Below, one piece after another: positions 50,200 through 58,340 of a stretch of 64,000 nt of DNA (position 1 is the stretch's first letter; every line of letters begins with the position of its first letter). Below the pieces are notes generated by a model. It worked only from the letters and a program-made list of their open reading frames with translations, did not search any database and was not told the DNA's origin. Location: assembly GCA_965207885.1 (NCBI GenBank), contig OZ242311.1, forward strand, positions 5,824,001-5,888,000, in the 5' to 3' direction. The stretch is from Candidatus Latescibacterota bacterium. Its GTDB lineage: Bacteria > Latescibacterota > UBA2968. The position numbers were made by a program, and so were the translations under genes.

Positions 50200-50964
50200 A
50201 TTGTCAACACATTGTATGAGGCAAGGAGACCTTCAATGGCGCGTTGCCTACCCGCCTTACTCTCTGCCTTGCTCAATGCCTTCTTGCTTAATGTATTGTG
50301 CAAAAGACGATTCACGCATAATAGCATCCATAAGACCCTCCTGTGATAGAATACGATTGATTAGTGTCGAATCATACTCTAACCCACTCAATATCATCAA
50401 CCGACCCAAAAGGTCAACTTTTATTGATTCATCCATCGGCAGCGCATTCGTCGCGTCAACACAGTGACGCAACCACGCCTCCGAATCCATTCCAGCAGGA
50501 CGTTTCATCAAAGGCACGAACGGAAACAAGCCCGAAGGTCCGCCATCAATAATGTCCTGTCCTTCTATCTCACTGAGCCGAATCACTCTGTATTCTACCA
50601 AAACATCATAGCCGGGCAAGTCCTGGATATAGCGTCCCGGATCGCGCCGACCTGCACTGCGCCGCAAGTAGATCACACTGGAATAAATCGGCAGACCGTG
50701 ATGCCCAATCGCACGCATAATATAGCCAGCCATGCGGCGTGGCATAGATGGGTCGTCAGTGGTTTGAAATTTGTAGTGTATCAATGCCTCCTCACCTGCG
50801 ATATGGGTGCGGATGAGGCTATCGGTATGCCGTGTATCAACCGTGTCTTGCTCTGTGTCGAGTATGTCCAGAACTTCTACATCGTCCTGTCCAAACGTGA
50901 ATCGGATGAAGTCTTTGGGATAGGTCTGGATGAGATGTTTGGAGATGGTTTCGTATTTGGCCAT
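50200..50964 (-). pseudogene. Rpn/YhgA-like (transposase_31, PD-(D/E)xK) protein, degraded
   Basis: DSLI…IHYKFQT…MPRRMAGY, PIYSSVIYL, YRVIRL.E, ESSFAQYI.QEGIEQG. Premature TAA at 50257-50259, with the GRQRAIE continuation in another frame. Confidence 0.8.
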
Positions 50965-51024
50965 GTGAAATACCTCGCGTCTGATGGGGTGAGTAAGTGG
51001 GATACGCGCAACATTCAGACCTAA

Positions 51025-51041
51025 AGCAAATGGCAGGCCAA
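51025..51041 (-). promoter_or_regulatory. Sigma54 (-24/-12) promoter for the Rpn-family gene
   Basis: Minus strand reads TTGGCCTGCCATTTGCT = GG-N10-GC. Flanks are homologous to 31751-31820. Confidence 0.75.
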
Positions 51042-51259
51042 AAATGGTAATTCTCCAAAAATTGAGCGATAATTTGTGTTAGAATATGTCTAAATACTTT
51101 AAATATGATATTTTACGCACTTGTTCACAATCTGAATTTAAATCTGCAGATGGCCGCACAGCCGCACAGATGAAAGGCGAGAGGGTACATTTTGAGCGAT
51201 GAATGGGCAGTCAGGTGAAAGATATGTACCGCTTGACCATGTGGTGATGATTCTTGCGT

Positions 51260-51318
51260 AATCTATAACTTCTGGCAAATAACAAAGGCTACGTCTTTCG
51301 AGGCGTAGCCTTTTCTTA
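51260..51318. repeat. Cassette-boundary hairpin repeat, copy 2
   Basis: AATCTATAACTTCTGGCAAATAACAAAGGCTACGTCTTTCGAGGCGTAGCCTTTTCTT. Confidence 0.95.
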
Positions 51319-51537
51319 TACCCTTGCAAAATTTTCTGCCTGATCTACGCAACTTCACAATACTTCGTTTTCGGGCCTTGTGTGGAGCGATTTGGGAAAT
51401 TTTTTGAAAAATCGGTTGCGCTGTAATCCCTAATCCCGTATGATCAAAAAATTATACTCGCACAGGTGAAAAGCCTTTGGGTGGGCTGCGTTAGAGGTGA
51501 TGTAGGCCACCCGAAAAAGACACCGAAGGAGGTTGTT

Positions 51538-51936
51538 ATGGCTGAAGCCACCGTGAAGTCAATACAGGAAGAAAATCCTATCTATCCATTCTCTTATCAG
51601 TTGTGGAGAAATGCTTTACATTTAGATGAGAATCTACGCTCCTCTGTTGAAAATATAGAATTACAAACGGAATTTATACTATCTACTACTGGTCAATGGC
51701 CTATCGTTGCTGAAAAATCTGATGATGGGTCGTGGGCAGTGTATTTTAAGGATTCTCCAGATATAATCGCGGGGAGTAATGATAGTTTGGAGGACGCATT
51801 AGTTGGTTTAGCAGAAATTGTTAATGACGATCTTCAGGACAGCAGAGAAAACAAAGATAACATCTCTCCGTATCAGGCAAAACGGCATCAGTTTCTGAGA
51901 AAGGTTTTCTATCGCGAGGCTGAAATTATCACTTAA
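51538..51936 (+). CDS. Hypothetical protein with HicB-like segment
   Basis: AAGGAGG SD. IVAEKSDDGSWAVYFKDSPDIIAGSNDSLEDALVGL resembles the HicB fold. Low GC. Stop codon abuts repeat copy 3. Confidence 0.6.
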   Translation: MAEATVKSIQEENPIYPFSYQLWRNALHLDENLRSSVENIELQTEFILSTTGQWPIVAEKSDDGSWAVYFKDSPDIIAGSNDSLEDALVGLAEIVNDDLQDSRENKDNISPYQAKRHQFLRKVFYREAEIIT

Positions 51937-51995
51937 TCTATAACTTCTGATAAACAACAACGGCTACGTCTTTCGGGGTGTAGCCTTTTCTCATT
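51935..51995. repeat. Cassette-boundary hairpin repeat, copy 3
   Basis: AATCTATAACTTCTGATAAACAACAACGGCTACGTCTTTCGGGGTGTAGCCTTTTCTCATT. Confidence 0.95.
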
Positions 51996-52114
51996 GCGTC
52001 AACATATTGACGCAGCCACGCTTTCAAACTGCTCTAAATTCACGTCTTTCCATTAGCCACACGTCCTTTGCAAATAACCTTGACGTGTGCATCATTTGTG
52101 CATATATTTGTTTT

Positions 52115-52390
52115 ATGAATTATCAATGGGATCCAGAAAAAGCAGAATCAAATTTTCTTGCACATGGTGTTGATTTCGCTGACTCAGTTGGCGTATTTGA
52201 GGATGTCTGGGCATTGACCTTGAAAGAAGAGATTGAATCGGGAGAGCAAAGATTTGCCACTCTTGGTACCGATTTTTTTGGACGAATTTTGGTTGTCGTT
52301 TATACATATCGAAATGAAGACATCCGTTTAATTTCCGCTCGTCCCGCAACGCGTCGGGAAAGGAGAATATATGAGAAAAAAAGAATATAA
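52115..52390 (+). CDS. brnT: BrnT family toxin
   Basis: YQWDPEKAESN..HGVDF, GEQRF.TLG, ILVVVYTYR…IRLISARPATRRER..Y. TTGACG…TATATT promoter immediately upstream, so probably leaderless. Confidence 0.93.
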   Translation: MNYQWDPEKAESNFLAHGVDFADSVGVFEDVWALTLKEEIESGEQRFATLGTDFFGRILVVVYTYRNEDIRLISARPATRRERRIYEKKRI

Positions 52391-52631
52391 TTTTGAGACC
52401 GCCCAACAAGGCCCTGTAGTTCAGCCGCCACCCGGCAAGACGCGCATCACCATCCGCCTTGACACAGACATTCTGAATTGGTTTAAGAGACAAGTTCACG
52501 AAGCAGGGGGCGGAAATTATCAGACGCTTGTGAACCAGGCCCTCAGAGACCACATCCAGGCTAACAATGGCGCATTGGAACAAACACTACGCAAAGTCAT
52601 TCGCGAAGAACTCGGTTCACACGCAGTATAA
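52371..52631 (+). CDS. brnA: BrnA antitoxin family protein
   Basis: KTRITIRLD.DIL.WFK…GNYQTLVN.ALR. Overlaps brnT. Confidence 0.93.
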   Translation: MRKKEYNFETAQQGPVVQPPPGKTRITIRLDTDILNWFKRQVHEAGGGNYQTLVNQALRDHIQANNGALEQTLRKVIREELGSHAV

Positions 52632-52706
52632 CAAATTTGCATCCCAAAAACATTTGACAATGTATAAAATCTCGGGCTTGCCAATGGGGTGTACGTAATT
52701 CGAAAA

Positions 52707-53033
52707 ATGAACCAAAACGAGGCCCAGTATGTCATCTACAAAACGGGATTTCGAGGGTGTCCGGGAACATCCCATATCATCACAAATAATCAGATTTTGG
52801 GCGGAGAGCCAATTATCAAAAATACGCGCACACCTGTTCGGGCAATTGTTGAAGTTTGGCGTTTGGGCACACACCCCGAAAATATTCCAAACCACCTTCC
52901 CCATTTGTCTTTGAGACAAGTTTTTGATGCCCTGAACTATTACAACGACCATCAAGAAGAAATAGAAAAATATATTGAAGAAAATCGCATTCCCAACAGA
53001 TTGATCGATCCCCTAACACACGCAACACAATGA
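52707..53033 (+). CDS. DUF433-family protein (orphan antitoxin-like)
   Basis: ILGGEPIIKNTRTPVRAIV…G..PE.I….PHL…QVFDAL.YY.DH..EI. Confidence 0.88.
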   Translation: MNQNEAQYVIYKTGFRGCPGTSHIITNNQILGGEPIIKNTRTPVRAIVEVWRLGTHPENIPNHLPHLSLRQVFDALNYYNDHQEEIEKYIEENRIPNRLIDPLTHATQ

Positions 53034-53091
53034 TAAATCAGATCCGATATATCTAATATATATCGGCCGTGATGCTCAATCGCACATCCGA

Positions 53092-53149
53092 TGACAAACA
53101 ACAAAGGCTACGTCTTTCAAGGCGTAGCCTTTTCTCATTCTCTTTTTTT
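53092..53149. repeat. Cassette-boundary hairpin repeat, copy 4 (also likely terminator for convergent genes)
   Basis: TGACAAACAACAAAGGCTACGTCTTTCAAGGCGTAGCCTTTTCTCATTCTCTTTTTT. Confidence 0.92.
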
Positions 53150-53205
53150 ATCACAGGCCTGAAATCCAAGTCCTAAATACTCCACCTAAACGGGGTAACT
53201 CCACC

Positions 53206-53598
53206 TTAATTTTTTCCTGCTCCACCGTGTTTTCTTCTGGTGCGGCGAATGGCGGCGATTTCTTTTTCTATCTGGTCGGAGATTCCCTGCGGTTTGGGGG
53301 CGGGACGGTCTGCCTGGCTGGAGGCTTTGTCGAGGGATTTGATGAGTTCTACGGCCTGCGCTGTATAACGGGCGCGGGTTTGCCGGTAGTCGTCTTCTTC
53401 GACTTTTCCCATGCGGTGGTCAAAGTCGAGTTCGCGGATGGCTTCATAGACCATGTCGCGCTGTTCGATCAGTTCGCGGCGTCGCGCTTCTCTGCGGGAG
53501 ATCTGGTTGATGGTATTGGCGTCGCGGGGGTCGAACAGTGGTGTGAATACAAAGAGCAAGATGCCCGCTGCGATGAGGATAAAAGCGGCAATGGTCAT
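53206..53598 (-). CDS. CcmI-like (N-terminal domain) cytochrome c biogenesis protein
   Basis: N-terminal TM, …QRDMVYEAIRELDFDHRMGKVEEDDY…R..Y. Confidence 0.75.
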   Translation of the reverse strand: MTIAAFILIAAGILLFVFTPLFDPRDANTINQISRREARRRELIEQRDMVYEAIRELDFDHRMGKVEEDDYRQTRARYTAQAVELIKSLDKASSQADRPAPKPQGISDQIEKEIAAIRRTRRKHGGAGKN

Positions 53599-54056
53599 CA
53601 CTCGCGCTCCTTGAGATCGCTTTCGAGGCGGTCGAGGTACGGGTCGTCGCGCGCGGGTTGTGCTGCTGGTGTGGCGGGACTTTTTGTTTTTGACCAGGCG
53701 CGGAGTACGCTGCGTACGGCGAAGAATCCGATGAGGAGAACGAGGGGCGGCATGAGCCATGCCGTGAGGTTGAAGCCTTTGGCTGGCGGTTTGGAGAGGA
53801 TTTCCAGGCCAAATTCACTGATATAAGCATCGACAATGGCCTGTGGCGTTTGACCGGAGGCCAGCATTTTTTTGATGCGTTCGTGCTGTTGTTGTGCATA
53901 TCCGCAGATGCATTCGTCCAGTGGTCTGCGCGGGCAGTCGCCGCACAGGCAGGCGAGTTCTTTGCCGACTTCTTTGATCTGTTCCCGGGTCACTTCGGCG
54001 CGGACGGGTATTGCGAAGAGGAGAAAGAATATTGGGATCAGGAGTGCGGGCTTCAT
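53598..54056 (-). CDS. ccmH: Cytochrome c biogenesis protein CcmH
   Basis: Signal peptide, LACLCGDC…EC.CG, G…IL..PP..GFN..AWLMP. Confidence 0.85.
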   Translation of the reverse strand: MKPALLIPIFFLLFAIPVRAEVTREQIKEVGKELACLCGDCPRRPLDECICGYAQQQHERIKKMLASGQTPQAIVDAYISEFGLEILSKPPAKGFNLTAWLMPPLVLLIGFFAVRSVLRAWSKTKSPATPAAQPARDDPYLDRLESDLKERE

Positions 54057-56038
54057 GCCATCGCCTCCCGCATTTGCAATGCCTGTTTTTCGCGTTTGTC
54101 GGGCCACATGACGACGATGGTGCCGATTGTGATTATCCACGCGCCTATCCAGACCCACATGACGAGGGGGTTGATGTACAGGTGAAAGAGGGCGACTTCT
54201 TCGCCGTCTCGCATGTCAACGCCCTGATAGAGCGCGTAGAGGTCTTCGCGCAGGTTGGAGCGGATGGCGACTTCTGTGGTGGTTTGTTGATCCTGTCGTT
54301 TGTGATAGACTTTCTGGTGGGGCCACATGGTGCCCAGTCGCTGTCCGTGTTTATAGACGCCGAGCTGGGCGACGATGTCCCAGGTGAGTGGATTGGCGGA
54401 TTCGGTAATGCCTTCATACGTGAGGGTGTAGGGTCCGATTGAGGTGGATTCCATGTATTTGAGTTCGACCTGGGAATCTTTGTTGAATGCATTGCCGGTA
54501 AATCCGATGAAGAGCAGGACCACGCCAAAGTGGATGATATAACCGCCATATCGGCGGCGATTTCGCCGGGTGAGGTTGACGATGGCGCGGAGATAGGATT
54601 CGCCAGAACTGCTGCCGCGTGCACGCGCGCCGCGGTGAAATTCGGTGATGATTGTGCCTGTGACAAAGCCGCAGAAGAGGAAGGAGATGATGGCGTAGAT
54701 GTCGCGTACACCGAGGGCGATGGCGACGATGCCGCAGATCAGTCCCATGATGCTCGATCCCGTGAAGTGTTTTCTCAGGCTTTTGCCCGAGGTGCGCCGC
54801 CAGGCGAGCAGAGGTCCTATGCCCGTGAGTACGAGCAGGAGCAGGCCGATGGGGACCATGACGGTGTTGAAGTAGGGGGGACCTACGGTGATTTTGTCAC
54901 CGGTAACGGCTTCGGAGATCACGGGAAACATGACGCCCCAAAAGACGGCGAATGTGGCGGTGAGGAAGAGCAGGTTGTTGAGCAAAAATCCACCTTCGCG
55001 CGAGATGGGGGATTCGTATTGTGTTTTGGTTTTGAGCAGGTCCAGGCGCGAGACGAGGAGGAGGCTTGAGAAGATGACTATCAGGACGACGAGTACGCCA
55101 AACCAGGGTCCAATGGGGGACTGGGCAAATGCGTGTACAGAGGATACGACGCCGCTTCGGGTGAGGAAGGTGCCGTAGATGCACAGGGTGTAGGTGGCGA
55201 TGATGAGGACCATGTTCCAGATTTTGAGCATGCCTTTTTTTTCCTGGATCATGACGGAGTGCAAGAAGGCCGTGCCCGTTAGCCAGGGCAAGAGGGCGGC
55301 GTTTTCGACCGGGTCCCAGCCCCAGTATCCGCCCCAGCCGAGGACGACGTAGGCCCATTTGCCGCCGAGGAGTTGGCCCGTGCCCAGGAAGAACCAGGCG
55401 AGGAGGGTCCAGCGGCGGGTGGTGCGAATCCATTCTTCGTCGATTTGTCTGGATAATAGGGCGGCCATTGCAAAGGCAAAGGGTACGGTAAAGCCGACGT
55501 AGCCGTGATAGAGCATGGGGGGGTGGATGGCCATGACGGGATGGACGAGCAGGGGGTTCATGCCCGTTCCATCGGGCAGGGCGCGCGGCATGGTGACAAA
55601 TGGATTTTCGTGGATGCAGATGAGCGCGAGGAAGAAGGTCAGCGTGAAGGACATGATGGCCGTGGCATAAGAGGCGAGGGGTCCGCGAAAGGCACGGGTT
55701 TTGATGACGGCAAAGAATATGAATCCGGATAGGATCAATGCCCAGAGGAGGAGCGATCCCTGCATGCCGGACCAGACGGCCGTGAATTTGTAACCGGTGG
55801 GCAGGTCGCGGCTGGAGTGGGTGGCGATGTAGTAGATGTCGAAGCGGTCTGTGAGGAAGAGCACTTCGAGAATGGCCATGGCGGAGAGGCAGAGTACAAA
55901 ACCCGTGAGGACTGCACGTTCAGTGCTCAGTATAAGGCCCATTCGCCGGGTTTTGGCTGCTAATATTGCGGCGATTACCGCATAAGCCGAGGTGAATAGG
56001 GCGATGTAAAGAAGAAAGTTGCCGAGTTGTGGGAGCAT
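54053..56038 (-). CDS. ccmF: Heme lyase CcmF/NrfE
   Basis: GSLLLW, G.GMNPLL…HPP.LY.GY, WAY..LGWGGYWGWDPVENA, GTFLTRSG…SVHAF. Confidence 0.97.
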   Translation of the reverse strand: MLPQLGNFLLYIALFTSAYAVIAAILAAKTRRMGLILSTERAVLTGFVLCLSAMAILEVLFLTDRFDIYYIATHSSRDLPTGYKFTAVWSGMQGSLLLWALILSGFIFFAVIKTRAFRGPLASYATAIMSFTLTFFLALICIHENPFVTMPRALPDGTGMNPLLVHPVMAIHPPMLYHGYVGFTVPFAFAMAALLSRQIDEEWIRTTRRWTLLAWFFLGTGQLLGGKWAYVVLGWGGYWGWDPVENAALLPWLTGTAFLHSVMIQEKKGMLKIWNMVLIIATYTLCIYGTFLTRSGVVSSVHAFAQSPIGPWFGVLVVLIVIFSSLLLVSRLDLLKTKTQYESPISREGGFLLNNLLFLTATFAVFWGVMFPVISEAVTGDKITVGPPYFNTVMVPIGLLLLVLTGIGPLLAWRRTSGKSLRKHFTGSSIMGLICGIVAIALGVRDIYAIISFLFCGFVTGTIITEFHRGARARGSSSGESYLRAIVNLTRRNRRRYGGYIIHFGVVLLFIGFTGNAFNKDSQVELKYMESTSIGPYTLTYEGITESANPLTWDIVAQLGVYKHGQRLGTMWPHQKVYHKRQDQQTTTEVAIRSNLREDLYALYQGVDMRDGEEVALFHLYINPLVMWVWIGAWIITIGTIVVMWPDKREKQALQMREAMA

Positions 56039-56062
56039 GTGTTCGGGTCTCGTGTCTATACG

Positions 56063-56308
56063 CTATGAACTCTGTTCATGTGCTTTCAGCAGGCGTGCTG
56101 GGTCCTTTGCATACAGTTCAGTATAGCCGCATGCTCCGCATACCTGTGCCTTTAATCGCACGCGAACCCCACCTTTGAAAAGCCGGGCGTGAGGTTTCGT
56201 TTGCACTCGAACTGCCAGACTCTCCGCATGGCTTTCTAGATCTATAACCTGGACATCGTTTATTACCTGAGTAGATTCACATTTGAGACATTTTTCGGGG
56301 TTCGTCAT
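56063..56308 (-). CDS. Small zinc-ribbon protein
   Basis: CLKC…VCGACGYTELY. GAGG SD. Confidence 0.75.
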   Translation of the reverse strand: MTNPEKCLKCESTQVINDVQVIDLESHAESLAVRVQTKPHARLFKGGVRVRLKAQVCGACGYTELYAKDPARLLKAHEQSS

Positions 56309-56349
56309 GAGGCACCTCGGATGATGTGTTTGGGTCTTTTGTTAGAGAA

Positions 56350-56502
56350 TCAGTCCTCGAGTAGCATTTCTAACACTTCTTTCAGGTTTCTATTCAGTTC
56401 ATCCAGTGTCTTACCCTGAGAATGTGCACCGGGAAAATCAGGTACATAACCTACATATAATCCAGTATTCTTACAATATTCTATTACAGCCGTAAAAGGC
56501 AT
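56350..56502 (-). CDS. HicB-family antitoxin, short/truncated (50 aa), no HicA partner seen
   Basis: MPFTAVIEYCKNTGLYVGYVPDFPGAHSQGKTLDELNRNLKEVLEMLLED*. Confidence 0.8.
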   Translation of the reverse strand: MPFTAVIEYCKNTGLYVGYVPDFPGAHSQGKTLDELNRNLKEVLEMLLED

Positions 56503-56575
56503 TCTCTACCTCACTGAATGATTTAACCAATGGTGCGAGGTGGAAATGACAGCAACCTCTTCGTGTGTATCTCAA

Positions 56576-57086
56576 CTAAAATGGCAGACCGCCATCATCG
56601 GACAGGATTTTCTCTTCGATCAATGACAGCAAATTCTTCAACGTGTCTGTTGTTCGCTTTGAACTCAACATTTTTTGCAACTGATCGCGAAATTCCTGTC
56701 CGCTATTGCATTCGGATAGTTCATCATCTTTGTCGCCAAGATCATCAGACAGGACAAGTGGATAGTAGTCTCTCAGTGGATAAGGATAAATCACCGTAAC
56801 TATATCCAGATGATAGTCTTCCAGAGACGGAACTGTGATGGCAAGGGTTGAGCAGAGTTTTTGTTCCAGCGCATTGCTTGTAGAGCGGAGTTTTTGTTCC
56901 AGCCCACTTTCATCATTGTTGTAGCGGAGGTTGAGTGTTTCTTCCCAGTCCCTTTGTAGCAACCGATGCTCTGATCCGTGGCGCGGTTCTTTCATTTAGA
57001 GCACTTGCCTGCTCCTGTAGTATCTGGACAGGTGTCATCTGCTCAGTAGTAAGTTGGAGGTCGCCCCAGTAGTCTGGTGTTACCAT
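56576..57086 (-). pseudogene. Frameshifted hypothetical gene
   Basis: AGGAG SD + ATG 57086 gives MVTPDYWGDL…TPVQILQEQASALNERT…, stopping at 56913. The C-terminal half lies in another frame (56576-56995) and carries a 33-bp internal duplication (LEQKL x2). Confidence 0.6.
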
Positions 57087-57108
57087 CTCAAAACACTCCT
57101 CAATGTTG

Positions 57109-57282
57109 CTACCGCTCGATTGGGTCCAACAGTTTCTTGGGTCCCGGATTTAGCACTGGACGGTCAGAATCCCGTTCGCGCTTGCGGAGTGCTTGAACAA
57201 TGCGTCCAAGGTCATTCCCATGTTCAGCGGCATGTGCTCTACGATGCTGACGAATTTCCTCAACAATAGGATCTTTAATCAT
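57109..57282 (-). CDS. Small antitoxin-like partner of the PIN protein
   Basis: MIKDPIVEEIRQHR..HA…GNDL..I…L. Overlaps the PIN gene stop. Confidence 0.75.
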   Translation of the reverse strand: MIKDPIVEEIRQHRRAHAAEHGNDLGRIVQALRKRERDSDRPVLNPGPKKLLDPIER

Positions 57283-57757
57283 CAGAAGTTCCTCCGAGTT
57301 CTTCGGGTGAACAGATTTGTGGACATACAAATCCTCGCGATTCTACAACCCTTGCAATAGCCGATTTCGTCTCGGCATTGTTAATATGGCGAAAATTCCA
57401 GGTCAGGAGGAAATCCGCGCCCTGAGCAGCAGCAATGGCGATGTGCAACGCATCGTCCGCACTCCCGCCAGGAATAGCGCCTTCATCCAGCAACTGTCTT
57501 GCCAGTTCGGTTGCCTCGTCAGATATTCCCAAGCTCGCAATCTCGGCTACCCAACTCAGACGGCGTTTGGCCGCATCGTCGTCCCCACGGCCAATCTCTT
57601 CTTCAACCAGTGTAGAAATACGAAGATTAAACCGGTGTCTGTGGTTGCGCCACCAATCGTGTGAGATCGCTTGTCGAGCCGCCACGATTACGTCTCGGCT
57701 GGGTCGCGATGCTAAATAGCTGATTACAGATGATTCAATGTAGATCGAAGATTTCAA
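57275..57757 (-). CDS. PIN-domain (VapC-like) toxin
   Basis: IYIESSVISYL.SRPSRD, EEI..GD, DDALHIAIA, LLTWNFRHI.N, ICSPEEL. Confidence 0.9.
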   Translation of the reverse strand: MKSSIYIESSVISYLASRPSRDVIVAARQAISHDWWRNHRHRFNLRISTLVEEEIGRGDDDAAKRRLSWVAEIASLGISDEATELARQLLDEGAIPGGSADDALHIAIAAAQGADFLLTWNFRHINNAETKSAIARVVESRGFVCPQICSPEELGGTSDD

Positions 57758-57825
57758 GGATCCTCAATCCTATGTGTTTTGTCGGTGTCGTCTGGGAAGC
57801 GATTTAGCTTCCCAGCGCTCTTAGT

Positions 57826-58263
57826 CTATTCATACGACGCTTTGATTTCTTCGTAGCTCTGGCTTTCGTATTTGGAGGGGCATTTGGCGAGCATGTCGTC
57901 GGCTATGAAGATGCCATTGGGTCCGATTTTGCCTTCGAGTACGACGTCGGCTTCTTCTCGGAAGGTGTCGGGTACGACGCCGCTGTAGCGGATGGTGCGT
58001 TTGCTGGCAGATGGGTCCTGGTCGATGAGGTCAGAAATTTCAAATTCGACGGTGCGATTGCCGTCTCGGGAGATGATGGAGCCGGGGATGACTTTGCCGG
58101 CGAGTTTGAAGCGGGTGTTGGCAAATTCGGTTTCGCGCGCTTCCAGTTCGGAGACGGTGAGGTAGTACAGCGACATTTTTTCAGAGCTGTACACGATCAT
58201 GGTGAGCAAGCTGGCGACAATGACGGCAAATCCCGCGATGAATTTTATTTTTTTGGTGGTCAT
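57826..58263 (-). CDS. ccmE: Heme chaperone CcmE, Cys variant (CxxxY)
   Basis: N-terminal TM, YYLTVSE, GKVIPGSI, Y.GVVPDTF, LAKCPSKY. Confidence 0.93.
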   Translation of the reverse strand: MTTKKIKFIAGFAVIVASLLTMIVYSSEKMSLYYLTVSELEARETEFANTRFKLAGKVIPGSIISRDGNRTVEFEISDLIDQDPSASKRTIRYSGVVPDTFREEADVVLEGKIGPNGIFIADDMLAKCPSKYESQSYEEIKASYE

Positions 58264-58340
58264 CTCAACCTCTGCGCTTTTTGGTAACTCAATGGGGTTT
58301 TCAGACGATTAAAGATAGATAAGTCGCTTGAAATTCACAA

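Noticed and set aside
51147-51261. Short frame with an internal TGA (…EGTF*AMNGQSGERYVPLDHVVMILA*) as a second selenoprotein
   Set aside because: No start/SD, no redox motif and no SECIS-like hairpin. It is better explained as a gene remnant ending at repeat copy 2.
49650-53149. The four hairpin repeats as a CRISPR array or canonical integron attC sites
   Set aside because: Spacers are 0.6-1.6 kb and contain genes, and no cas genes are present. The element starts with a TAAC-like box but lacks a consistent complementary GTTRRRY end, and no intI is present.
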